Assembly (NCBI GenBank): GCA_000993535.1
Contig: LBWG01000001.1
Location: 22,442 to 86,441 of the forward strand
Length of the DNA stretch: 64,000 bases
From: Candidatus Uhrbacteria bacterium GW2011_GWF2_39_13
GTDB taxonomy: Bacteria > Patescibacteriota > Patescibacteriia > UBA9934 > GWF2-40-263
Direction of reading: 5' to 3'
Part shown: positions 27,846 to 36,187 of the stretch, one piece after another
Layout: every line of letters begins with the position of its first letter
How positions within the stretch are numbered: position 1 is the first letter of the stretch
The notes under the pieces: generated by a model
What the model was told of the DNA's origin: nothing
The model's database searches: none
Seen by the model: the letters and a program-made list of their open reading frames with translations, nothing else
Position numbers and translations under genes: made by a program

Positions 27846-29057
27846 TTATACGAATAATTGATTAGACAAAAGACATTGACGTAAAGAACGATACACATTT
27901 TTCAGATCTGTTTTTTGAGGTTGAGGAGGAAGACGTTGGAGTAATCGATCAGCAAGCGTTCCATGATCCAGATAGAACTGATAGACATCATGGTATTGCT
28001 TAGAACCGTGCTGTTTTATGAGATGTGCCCAAACTTCTTTTGCGGTCACATTTTCTTTGATCAGACCAAAAATACGAGCATACGCAGAATCTACACGACA
28101 AGCCCCTGCATCACGGATTGTTCCTTGAAAAAGAGAAAAAAGATCCTCAACAGACCAAGATTTAAACCCTTCAATCTTCATCTGTTCTGGTTGTGCAAGC
28201 TCTTTTACAATATCAATAATAAGAGACAAAAAGGCAATATCCGCATGGACACACTCTTGAATATCCATGAGTCGAATCTCAATCGAACCTCGATCAAACC
28301 TTGCAATGGCTCCCCGAGAATTTAAGAAATACTGATTTAATAATTGATCGGGATTGTAAGGAGCGATCTGTTTTTGAATCTGAGAAAAAATAACCTGTTC
28401 ATACTCTTCTTCCGAAAAAACAGGCTCAGGGATTACACGACCCGTTAATGCAGGAAGTCGCTCTTGGTTTGTTTGATAATAATCAAGGCGCGTATCTTTT
28501 AGACCTGTCACCATTGTATTTGCTACAGGAGAAGAAGCCGTGAGTGCAGGGATCAAAGGAAGGATCAAGCGCACGGCCGCATGAAGCCTCTCAAATTCCT
28601 CATCTGTTTTAAAAGAAATATTCAAATGCGTACTCTGGACATTCGCCCATCCATGGCGGTAACAGTTAAAAATTTCATGATAACGCTCGTAAATCTCATG
28701 TCCTTCGTGTTTCCACAGGACTGTTTCTTGGGTTGGATCCATCCAAGGATGAATTCCTCCTGGGAGTAATCCCAATCCTCGAGAGGAAAGGAGCTTCTCA
28801 ATCTCTAATACATTTTGATAAAGAGCGGTCTCCATGGATGCAAGATCTGAAACAGGATCTGTCACTTTCAGTTCAACCAGATGTGAAACAAGTTCGTTGG
28901 ACCACGTGACAGCCCCTCGTTCAACATCAGAAACAAATGATCCTGTGGCATCAAAAAAAAGCTGATCAACCATGGGACGCACATCCAATGTTTGCTGATC
29001 AACGACCATATACTCTAGTTCAATGCCGAAACGTTCAAATAAAGCGTAGGATCTCAT
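27846..29057 (-). CDS. GCS2 / YbdK-type carboxylate-amine ligase (glutamate-cysteine ligase family 2)
   Basis: 403 aa. FGIELEYMVVD, GGIHPW, HLNISF, LPLIPALTASSP and IEIRLMD align with the conserved blocks of E. coli YbdK-type COOH-NH2 ligases. Confidence 0.82.
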   Translation of the reverse strand: MRSYALFERFGIELEYMVVDQQTLDVRPMVDQLFFDATGSFVSDVERGAVTWSNELVSHLVELKVTDPVSDLASMETALYQNVLEIEKLLSSRGLGLLPGGIHPWMDPTQETVLWKHEGHEIYERYHEIFNCYRHGWANVQSTHLNISFKTDEEFERLHAAVRLILPLIPALTASSPVANTMVTGLKDTRLDYYQTNQERLPALTGRVIPEPVFSEEEYEQVIFSQIQKQIAPYNPDQLLNQYFLNSRGAIARFDRGSIEIRLMDIQECVHADIAFLSLIIDIVKELAQPEQMKIEGFKSWSVEDLFSLFQGTIRDAGACRVDSAYARIFGLIKENVTAKEVWAHLIKQHGSKQYHDVYQFYLDHGTLADRLLQRLPPQPQKTDLKNVYRSLRQCLLSNQLFV

Positions 29058-30529
29058 AATGGAGGAATCGTTTTTTCAATATCTTTGCGCAATCGCGTCA
29101 TAATGGTGTCATAAAGAGAAACTCCAGCCACGCGATCCTCAATACCCGCATCGATACTTGGATTATCATTAATTTCGATCACATACACCTTTCCCCCGCT
29201 CTCTTTAAGATCGACTCCATATAAACCGCTTCCCATAAGGGATGAAGCCTTTATTGCTAAATCGAGGATAGATTTTGGTACTTGATCTAAAGCAAATGTC
29301 TCAAACGTGCCGCATGAATCTTTTTTACTCCAGTCATAAATCTGCCAATGATCTTTTGCCATGTAATACTTACAAGCAAAGATCGGTTTTTTATCTAATA
29401 TTCCAATTCGCCAATCAAATGTCGTAGGTAAAAACTCCTGAGCAATCACAAGATCTGAATCCTCCAATAACTGATCTAATGCCTTCTTTAAGTCTTCCTC
29501 GTTTTGAACCTTCATAACCCCTTGAGAAAAGGAGCTGTCAGGTTTTTTTAAAACAATAGGAAAACCAATAAGCTGAGCTAAGACCTCTTTATTTTCTTTA
29601 TGAACAATGACGGTCTTTGGAGTGGGGATATTGGCTTTCTCAAGAGCCTCCGCTAAATACACTTTATTAGAACAGCGCAAAATAGAAATAGGATCATCCA
29701 ATACAGCGATCCCTTCTGCCAAGGCGGTGCGAGCAAACCGGTAGGTATGATGATTCACGGCTGTGGTTTCACGAATAAACAAAGCGTCATACTCAGCTAA
29801 ATGGTCGTAATCCGCTTTTGTAATAAGATCAACTTCAAAACCCATTCGCTCTCCTGCTTCCACAAATTGTTGAAGCGCTTTTTTATCTGATGGAGGAGAG
29901 AGCTCTTCTGGATTCACAAGAATAGCTAAATCAAAGTTTGCTTTAAAAGGCTGAGAGTTAATGTGTCGTTTTTTATTAAAGTATTGCTCAGCAAATAATT
30001 GAATGTAAGGGAAATGAGTTTCAGGAATTTCTTTCATGGAGATGAGAGTCACACTTTGAAGAACCCATTTTTGTCGAAAAGTAAATTGTGCCCTTAAAAG
30101 AGGTGCACGAAAAAGTCCGTAAATTTTTTGAGAAAGCTCATTGTAACGAGCCGTAAGATTCTTTCCAAAATAGATACTCAGTGTAAATCGGTCTGCTTTA
30201 ATTTTGGATAATTTTTGTTGAATTAAATCATCAAGATCATCCGAAAGCGCGCGAACGATAGTGTTGGATTTTAAATCCTGGATGGTGGTAACGTTTGGAA
30301 TGACTTTATGACCTCGAGCTTCAGCGAGCAGCGAAACATAATATCCAGCCGACTGATACCAATAATTGCGAGAAAGATTAAAAATACGGACATTTTTCAA
30401 ATCATGATACAGAGGATCAGTTAAATACGCTTTCACAGAAACAATTTCTACACCTGGAATCTGGAGATGCCAATCACTTGGATGACTTACAACAACAATT
30501 TTTCTCATAGATGCGTCGAACCGACGCAA
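29054..30529 (-). CDS. RimK-type ATP-grasp ligase with N-terminal RLAN-like domain
   Basis: 491 aa. The C-terminal ~290 aa form a RimK-like ATP-grasp (IVLKKPDSSFSQGV, EFLPTTFDWRIGIL, YVIEINDNP). The N-terminal ~200 aa are an extension of the kind described as the RimK-like ATP-grasp N-terminal domain. A 4-bp ATGA overlap with the downstream GCS2 gene suggests translational coupling. Confidence 0.82.
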   Translation of the reverse strand: MRRFDASMRKIVVVSHPSDWHLQIPGVEIVSVKAYLTDPLYHDLKNVRIFNLSRNYWYQSAGYYVSLLAEARGHKVIPNVTTIQDLKSNTIVRALSDDLDDLIQQKLSKIKADRFTLSIYFGKNLTARYNELSQKIYGLFRAPLLRAQFTFRQKWVLQSVTLISMKEIPETHFPYIQLFAEQYFNKKRHINSQPFKANFDLAILVNPEELSPPSDKKALQQFVEAGERMGFEVDLITKADYDHLAEYDALFIRETTAVNHHTYRFARTALAEGIAVLDDPISILRCSNKVYLAEALEKANIPTPKTVIVHKENKEVLAQLIGFPIVLKKPDSSFSQGVMKVQNEEDLKKALDQLLEDSDLVIAQEFLPTTFDWRIGILDKKPIFACKYYMAKDHWQIYDWSKKDSCGTFETFALDQVPKSILDLAIKASSLMGSGLYGVDLKESGGKVYVIEINDNPSIDAGIEDRVAGVSLYDTIMTRLRKDIEKTIPPL

Positions 30530-30706
30530 GGAGGTTTAAGAAAATAAAAATTCGAAGGAATCTATACAAATTGAGCTCAGCAGCAAACAGCTTTAATTGT
30601 TTATCTATTCGCCTTGCTTGATATAAGCATACAAAAATTGAATCAAAAAAAACAGAGCTCCGCCATGATGACACATGGAACTCTGTTGTAGGAGTAGAAG
30701 AAAACT

Positions 30707-31351
30707 CTAACTCGCCAGAAGGACAGCAGGGCTCCGATCATCGAAGTAATCGTCGACCAAGAAGAAGGATCCACACCACCGACCGCCACTGAAGTTGAGG
30801 CAACAAACGTACAAGGTACCATCGACATCTTCAAAACCGGTAGCCCAGAAAAAGATATACTGGGTCTTCCTAGCACTGTTTTTCTTGAAGGAGTTCGGAA
30901 TGAGGTGGACGTTATCCAACAACGCCTTTATAACGTTGGGATGCAGAACATCCTTCTCAACAAGTCTCGTGAGCAGAGCAGCACCTGCAAGCCCTCCTGA
31001 AATCTGCTCAGGCTCTAAGTGCAAGATCATCTTGCGACCATCGACGAAAAGGTCTTTACCCTTTCGCATGACGGTTACAAGACCTGAACACTTCTTCCAC
31101 ACTTGTAGCTTAGCTTCCAGGATCGAAATGCCGATGGGGAAGTCGAGATTCACCTCAATGGTGTTTTCATCGATCTTCCTCCAAAACCAATCCTTGGAAA
31201 CAGGATCCCAGGGGTTCTCCTTCTGAAGGAATCGTTTGAATGCCACGACCCATTCGATGGTACTCTCACCTTCGAGTTTCGAGAATAAATCTTTCATGAG
31301 TCCAGCAATCTCGCGCAGAACTTTGACGTCGAACGCCTCTTCTGACATGTT
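30707..31351 (-). CDS. hypothetical protein
   Basis: ORF 30707..31459. The start is preferred at the internal Met (MSEEAFDV...), which has a perfect AGGAGA SD 7 nt upstream. No known domain. C-terminal CC...C...C cluster and an acidic tail. Confidence 0.5.
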   Translation of the reverse strand, partial: NMSEEAFDVKVLREIAGLMKDLFSKLEGESTIEWVVAFKRFLQKENPWDPVSKDWFWRKIDENTIEVNLDFPIGISILEAKLQVWKKCSGLVTVMRKGKDLFVDGRKMILHLEPEQISGGLAGAALLTRLVEKDVLHPNVIKALLDNVHLIPNSFKKNSARKTQYIFFWATGFEDVDGTLYVCCLNFSGGRWCGSFFLVDDYFDDRSPAVLLAS

Positions 31352-31519
31352 TAGTCTCCTGTTATTTACGTCTGATCCACCTACTATTGTAAAAAAGTCT
31401 TGTTGAATTTTTAAACAAAAACAGCAAGACTCCTTTTGGAACTTTAATAAAAGTATCACGATACATCATATTGTCAACCGTTGATGCTTGATAAGAAAGG
31501 ATCAAATATAGCTATTTTA

Positions 31520-31528
31520 TGATAAAAT
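31520..31528 (+). promoter_or_regulatory. possible extended -10 (TGaTAAAAT) for the lipoprotein gene
   Basis: TGATAAAAT lies 31 nt upstream of the ATG at 31559. No clear -35. Confidence 0.3.
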
Positions 31529-31558
31529 ATACAGGCAACGATTACTAATGAAAAAACT

Positions 31559-32236
31559 ATGAAATCAAGCACTTTTCTACCCATTCTTGGTATAACAGCC
31601 CTTATGCTTCTCTTAGGCGCTGGATGTGTTGCTCCTTCGGTACAGACACAACAAACGGCACGAACGGATGAAGAACTCATCATAGTAAAAGAAGAACCAT
31701 TCTTAGAAGAAGAACCTGAGACAAATAATGATGGCGGACGCATGGCTGCCCCTGAGGCGTGTGAAGAGGGACACCTTCGTTACTCAAATGACACATTAGG
31801 ATTCACCTTCTGCTATAGTCCCATGATGTTCACCAATGGAGGATACACTTCAGAAATCCTTTTAAAAGAAAACGAGGAAACGCTTATTCTCTATCCAAAA
31901 GATCTTCCGGATTTCCAACACACCATTACTCGTCTGCGTTTTGACGAGACACTCAATCCAAAAGAAGCGATTGAAACACTCTATATGAAAGATGCAGATA
32001 AGAGTGTGTGTACTGTTGTGGAAATAAATAAAACGAGTGAATACACAGAATATCTTTTAGTGGGAGGTGATCTAGAAAATCAAGAAAAATGTGGAACGTA
32101 TAAAGTAGGTTCCTTGCGTGCGTACGAAAATACCCCTGGTTCTCTTTTCTACATCACCATCGGACAAGATACATTCATGGCAGATGACGTGTGGCTAAAG
32201 ACATTAGAACCTCGTGCGCAAGATCCAAACAATTAA
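31559..32236 (+). CDS. lipoprotein, function unknown
   Basis: 225 aa. Signal peptide with lipobox LLGAGC. No known domain. Confidence 0.55.
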   Translation: MKSSTFLPILGITALMLLLGAGCVAPSVQTQQTARTDEELIIVKEEPFLEEEPETNNDGGRMAAPEACEEGHLRYSNDTLGFTFCYSPMMFTNGGYTSEILLKENEETLILYPKDLPDFQHTITRLRFDETLNPKEAIETLYMKDADKSVCTVVEINKTSEYTEYLLVGGDLENQEKCGTYKVGSLRAYENTPGSLFYITIGQDTFMADDVWLKTLEPRAQDPNN

Positions 32237-32247
32237 TCATGAAACTA

Positions 32248-32277
32248 AAAATCACTGGGTGATCCCAGTGATTTTTT
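32248..32277. terminator. bidirectional intrinsic terminator
   Basis: aatcactggg-tgat-cccagtgatt stem plus T6. It lies between the convergent stops at 32236 and 32280. Confidence 0.6.
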
Positions 32278-32279
32278 AT

Positions 32280-32813
32280 TTACTCAATGTCTTGTGTCTG
32301 ATTGGACTCTATAGGCTCATCAGGGATTTGACTATCGTGTCCGAAACGACTGTGCATTCCACCACGTGGACCTGGATGAAGATAATAGAGCGGAATATCG
32401 TTTTCATCTGCCCATTGTTTTAGCTCATTCATCTGAGCCTTCATGGCTTCATGGCGTGCCTCTTTATCCAAAGACGATAAACTCTCTATAAACGTTGTCA
32501 TCTCTTGTCGCTTAGCAAGGATACTGTCCGCTTGTTCTTGAGTGAGTTTTTCATTTGTGACAGCCTGATCCAACATGTTCGCTTCCCGTTCTCCACGTCG
32601 TGTTTCTATTTGTTCACGATGTTCGTCAAAAACTTCTTGAACATCTTCAGTGTTCAAATGAAATGTGGTCGCAATAGTCTCCACAAGATTATTTGTCCCA
32701 TCTGCAGATTCTGAAGAGGCAGCGAAAAGCGTTTGAACGCCCATCGCACTAACTCCGACAACAGCCACAACGGCTGCGGCGGCAAAAAAAGGATGTTGAT
32801 TAAATTTCTTCAT
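32280..32813 (-). CDS. periplasmic LTXXQ-motif protein (CpxP/Spy-like), putative
   Basis: 177 aa. Signal peptide, helical/charged body, an LTQEQ (LTXXQ) motif and a second degenerate copy. It sits immediately downstream of the HK/RR pair on the same strand. Confidence 0.45.
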   Translation of the reverse strand: MKKFNQHPFFAAAAVVAVVGVSAMGVQTLFAASSESADGTNNLVETIATTFHLNTEDVQEVFDEHREQIETRRGEREANMLDQAVTNEKLTQEQADSILAKRQEMTTFIESLSSLDKEARHEAMKAQMNELKQWADENDIPLYYLHPGPRGGMHSRFGHDSQIPDEPIESNQTQDIE

Positions 32814-32905
32814 AAAATAGTTTGTAATGAATTAAAAATGTTTTATGAATCAATGACATTAAACATTGATTACACAAAAACAATAACAAAACGCCCATGA
32901 AGAAA

Positions 32906-33964
32906 TTATGAAGACTTGTGGATAGGCAACACAATACGAACAGTGGTTCCCTCATTTAATTCAGATGTCAACGAAATAAGACCCCCCAAAGAATAGATGA
33001 TGGATTGAACGATCGACAGACCTAGACCACTACCTCCTGTTTGACGAGAACGACTTTTTTCAACGCGATAAAAACGATCAAATACTTTTTGAAGATCTTC
33101 TTGAGTAATACCAATCCCCGTATCTTTGACAAGAACGATTGCCGTATTTTCTTGAACACTCGCACTCACATCCACCTGTCCATTACGTTTATTGTATTGA
33201 ACCGCATTATGAATAACATTTGTAATGGCTTGCTCAAGGAGTTCTTTTGAAGTAACGATGAGAATCTGAACAAAATTCGTGGGAAAAAAGGTAAGAGTTA
33301 CCTGTTGCTTTTGAGCAAGAGGCGTTAAACGATCAATCGTTTTACGAAGAATCAACTGGAGGTCGACAACTTCAAGTTCAGTTTCAACAGAGCCTCTTTG
33401 CTCACTCTCAATACGAGATAACGTAAGCAGACTTGTTACCAAACCACTCATACGACCAACTTCCTCTAAGTGACTTTGAAGAACTTCACGAGAATGTTGA
33501 GTATTCGCTGCTTCAAGCTCATTTTCTAAATCTGTCTGAAGAATGGCCAAGGGTGTGCGTAGCTCATGTGAGACATCACTTAAAAAATGTTTCTGTTTAC
33601 TATAAGCCTCCTGAATAGGACGAAGTGTTTTTCCGGCTAACCAGTAACTCAAGAGACCAGCAATAAATAAAAGAAGTGTGTTTACTGCAAGAGTCACATG
33701 AAGAAGGTCTGCTCGTACATCATCGGCAAGAGGTGGTATGACAGAGGTCGGTGTTTTTGGACGTTGATCTAAATAGGCGTTAAATCGATGAAACCGATCA
33801 TCAAGCCTTTGTGAAAAAAAGGATCGCGTGACTCCACCGGAAACAAACAACACCACAGCCAAAACCAACAAATACATCAGTGTGAGTGTAAGGCGAGATC
33901 TACGAAATTCTTTATTAAACGAGTCGATATCCTTTCCCCCAGACCGTTTGGATACGTTTGGCAT
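32906..33964 (-). CDS. sensor histidine kinase
   Basis: 352 aa. Two TM helices, H-box SHELRTPL, N, G1 and G2 (GGSGLGLSIV) boxes. Confidence 0.9.
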   Translation of the reverse strand: MPNVSKRSGGKDIDSFNKEFRRSRLTLTLMYLLVLAVVLFVSGGVTRSFFSQRLDDRFHRFNAYLDQRPKTPTSVIPPLADDVRADLLHVTLAVNTLLLFIAGLLSYWLAGKTLRPIQEAYSKQKHFLSDVSHELRTPLAILQTDLENELEAANTQHSREVLQSHLEEVGRMSGLVTSLLTLSRIESEQRGSVETELEVVDLQLILRKTIDRLTPLAQKQQVTLTFFPTNFVQILIVTSKELLEQAITNVIHNAVQYNKRNGQVDVSASVQENTAIVLVKDTGIGITQEDLQKVFDRFYRVEKSRSRQTGGSGLGLSIVQSIIYSLGGLISLTSELNEGTTVRIVLPIHKSS

Positions 33965-34577
33965 AAACAGATGGAAGTTTTTTACGAAGATTTTTTAGAT
34001 GAACATCAACCACGTTACTAAAGGAATCAAAGAACCGATCCCACACGTGGGTTAATAAATCCTCACGTGTTACGAGGTTTCCCTTATTTCGTAAAAGATA
34101 TTCAAGGATTCCATACTCACGCAATGTGAGATCAAGCTGTTTCTTTTTTATCTTGACGGTTTGAGAACGGGTATCGAGTTGCAAATCGTCCAACATGAAG
34201 AGATCTGTTGTCGTTTGTGTAGGGCGACGCAAAAGAGTGCGAATACGCGCCACTAATTCTTCAAACGAAAAGGGTTTTACCAGATAATCATCCGCTCCCA
34301 AATCTAAACCCATAACCTTATCCTCCACACTATCACGAGCGGTAAGAAACAAAATGGGAGTTTGCACCCCAAAAGCTCGAAGACTTCGACACACTTCCAG
34401 TCCATCACGCTTTGGCATCATCATATCCAAAATAAGAAGATCGTAGTCATTTACTCGAGCCATTTTTTCTCCCTCTTCCCCATCAAAAGCAAAATCTACC
34501 GCATATCCTCGATTCTGAAGACCTGTCACAAGCCCCTTATTCAATTTTGGTTCATCCTCGACAACAAGAATCTTCAT
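33915..34577 (-). CDS. OmpR-family response regulator
   Basis: 220 aa. Receiver domain (DD...D...K) and a winged-helix output domain (TVWGKGYRL). It overlaps the downstream HK by 50 nt. Confidence 0.9.
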   Translation of the reverse strand: MKILVVEDEPKLNKGLVTGLQNRGYAVDFAFDGEEGEKMARVNDYDLLILDMMMPKRDGLEVCRSLRAFGVQTPILFLTARDSVEDKVMGLDLGADDYLVKPFSFEELVARIRTLLRRPTQTTTDLFMLDDLQLDTRSQTVKIKKKQLDLTLREYGILEYLLRNKGNLVTREDLLTHVWDRFFDSFSNVVDVHLKNLRKKLPSVYAKRIQTVWGKGYRLV

Positions 34578-34776
34578 AAAAAAAATGTTAAAACAAACAA
34601 GAGATCACAACTTTTTAAGTATAACGCTAAACAGACAGATATCACCAGATTTTTTAGAACAAAAAATAGAACAAAAAACCTACTCGACAATGGTTCAGAC
34701 GCGTGTTAATTTGCTCTCGGTTCAAAAAACAATAAGAATCGTTCTTCACAATCTCTCTCTTTGCAAAAGGAATAAC

Positions 34777-35967
34777 ATGCAAACTCAACAGGAACGTCAT
34801 GAAGCTCAAATGAAGGCGGTCATGCCATTTGCAAGTATGGAGGATCTCCCTGAGAGCGTTCTGGATGAAATCGCTCAATTGAGTCCGCATCTGCCAGTCG
34901 TATTCATCCTCTACTACGGAGGTACAATCGGCATGAACAAAAGCAGAAACGCCTTCAATCGGATCGTCTATGGTCCTACCGATGATGCGAAAAAACTTCT
35001 TGAACCGCTCGAGGTTAAAGGACTCAAAGAAAAAATTCAGGTCATCTGGGTTCCTGTGTATAAAAAAGCGATCGACTCGACCAACGGGCGTTGGGTACAC
35101 TGGGTATCGATAGGAAACGCGATCAAACTGTTGTATGACAAGGCAACGGGATTTGTCATCTGTGGCGGCACTGACACAATGGCGCACATGATTGCCGCAA
35201 TGCGTTTCATGTTTCCAAACATCGGAAAACCAATCGTGGCTACAGGTTCACAAGTTGCCATGGTTGATCTGGGAGATGACGGAACAAATAACTTGTATTT
35301 TGCCATCACTGCCGCGGCAAGCGATCTTTCTGGTCCCTTTCTTATGTTCGGTGATGATCTGATGGATGGCATGCGTGTTCATAAGGTCAAACACACGCGT
35401 CGTCAAGCATTTGCCTGTCCTACCCAATACATCGTTGGTCACTATGACGATCAACTGCGCATCTATCCTCACGCCACACGGCGCAACCCCATTGTGACTT
35501 CCAAACGGTTGATCTACAAACCATATTTTCGAGAAGGTATAAAGATCGTCAAAATTAGCCCGGCTACTCCATCTGAATCGATCCTCCATGACGCCAATGA
35601 CTCAACCTGCAGCGCCATGCTTATCATCACGTTTGGAGCGGGCAATGTCCGGGACGAAGATATCGTCGAAGAAGTTCCCAGTCATATTGACTGTCTCTGG
35701 CAACTGTATCAGCGCCGTTATCCGGTCGTTTTGGGAAGTTCTATGATGGATGGAGTCGTGGACAGTCACTATGAAACCGGAACAAAAGCGGTTTCTGATA
35801 AAGAAGGCGAGGGAAACGCGATCTCTGCTGGTTCTACTACCGGACCGCTGCTTGAAGTAAAGTGCATGGTAGCTCTCGCCCAAGCTTGGGATCAGACATC
35901 GAAGATGTTGGACTACAACAAATTCCGTGCCTCCATGGAACGCGATCATATCGGGGAACTGACCTAG
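34777..35967 (+). CDS. L-asparaginase family protein (type I asparaginase / GatD-like)
   Basis: YYGGTIGM (TGGTIAG-like), GGTDTMAH (HGTDTM-like) and ATGSQ blocks. The start is set at the internal ATG 34777 with an AAGGA SD. The ORF track begins at 34585, adding a 64-aa leader. Confidence 0.7.
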   Translation: MQTQQERHEAQMKAVMPFASMEDLPESVLDEIAQLSPHLPVVFILYYGGTIGMNKSRNAFNRIVYGPTDDAKKLLEPLEVKGLKEKIQVIWVPVYKKAIDSTNGRWVHWVSIGNAIKLLYDKATGFVICGGTDTMAHMIAAMRFMFPNIGKPIVATGSQVAMVDLGDDGTNNLYFAITAAASDLSGPFLMFGDDLMDGMRVHKVKHTRRQAFACPTQYIVGHYDDQLRIYPHATRRNPIVTSKRLIYKPYFREGIKIVKISPATPSESILHDANDSTCSAMLIITFGAGNVRDEDIVEEVPSHIDCLWQLYQRRYPVVLGSSMMDGVVDSHYETGTKAVSDKEGEGNAISAGSTTGPLLEVKCMVALAQAWDQTSKMLDYNKFRASMERDHIGELT

Positions 35968-35996
35968 TCACAACAAACGAGTTCCCTCAAAAAAAC

Positions 35997-36022
35997 GACA
36001 CACCTATAAGAGGTGTGTTTTT
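35997..36022 (+). terminator. intrinsic terminator after the asparaginase-family gene
   Basis: gacacacct-ataag-aggtgtgt stem followed by TTTT. Confidence 0.55.
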
Positions 36023-36187
36023 CAATCTATAATTTAAAAACACTGATGTTTTCTAATTTTTTGATTCCTCAGCTGTATCCTCATTTACGATAGACAAAAC
36101 GATTTCTGAGATACTTCCTTTGTAACGAAACTGTTGACCAAGTTCAATCTTCATCTAAAACGACTCTTGCATAAATAGCGAACACTT

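Noticed and set aside
30530-30560. Strong SD-like AAGGAGG on the plus strand between the ligase gene and its upstream neighbour
   Set aside because: No ATG/GTG/TTG within 15 nt downstream and no open frame. It overlaps a small GC hairpin (gcgtcg-aacc-gacgc) and is probably structural or chance.
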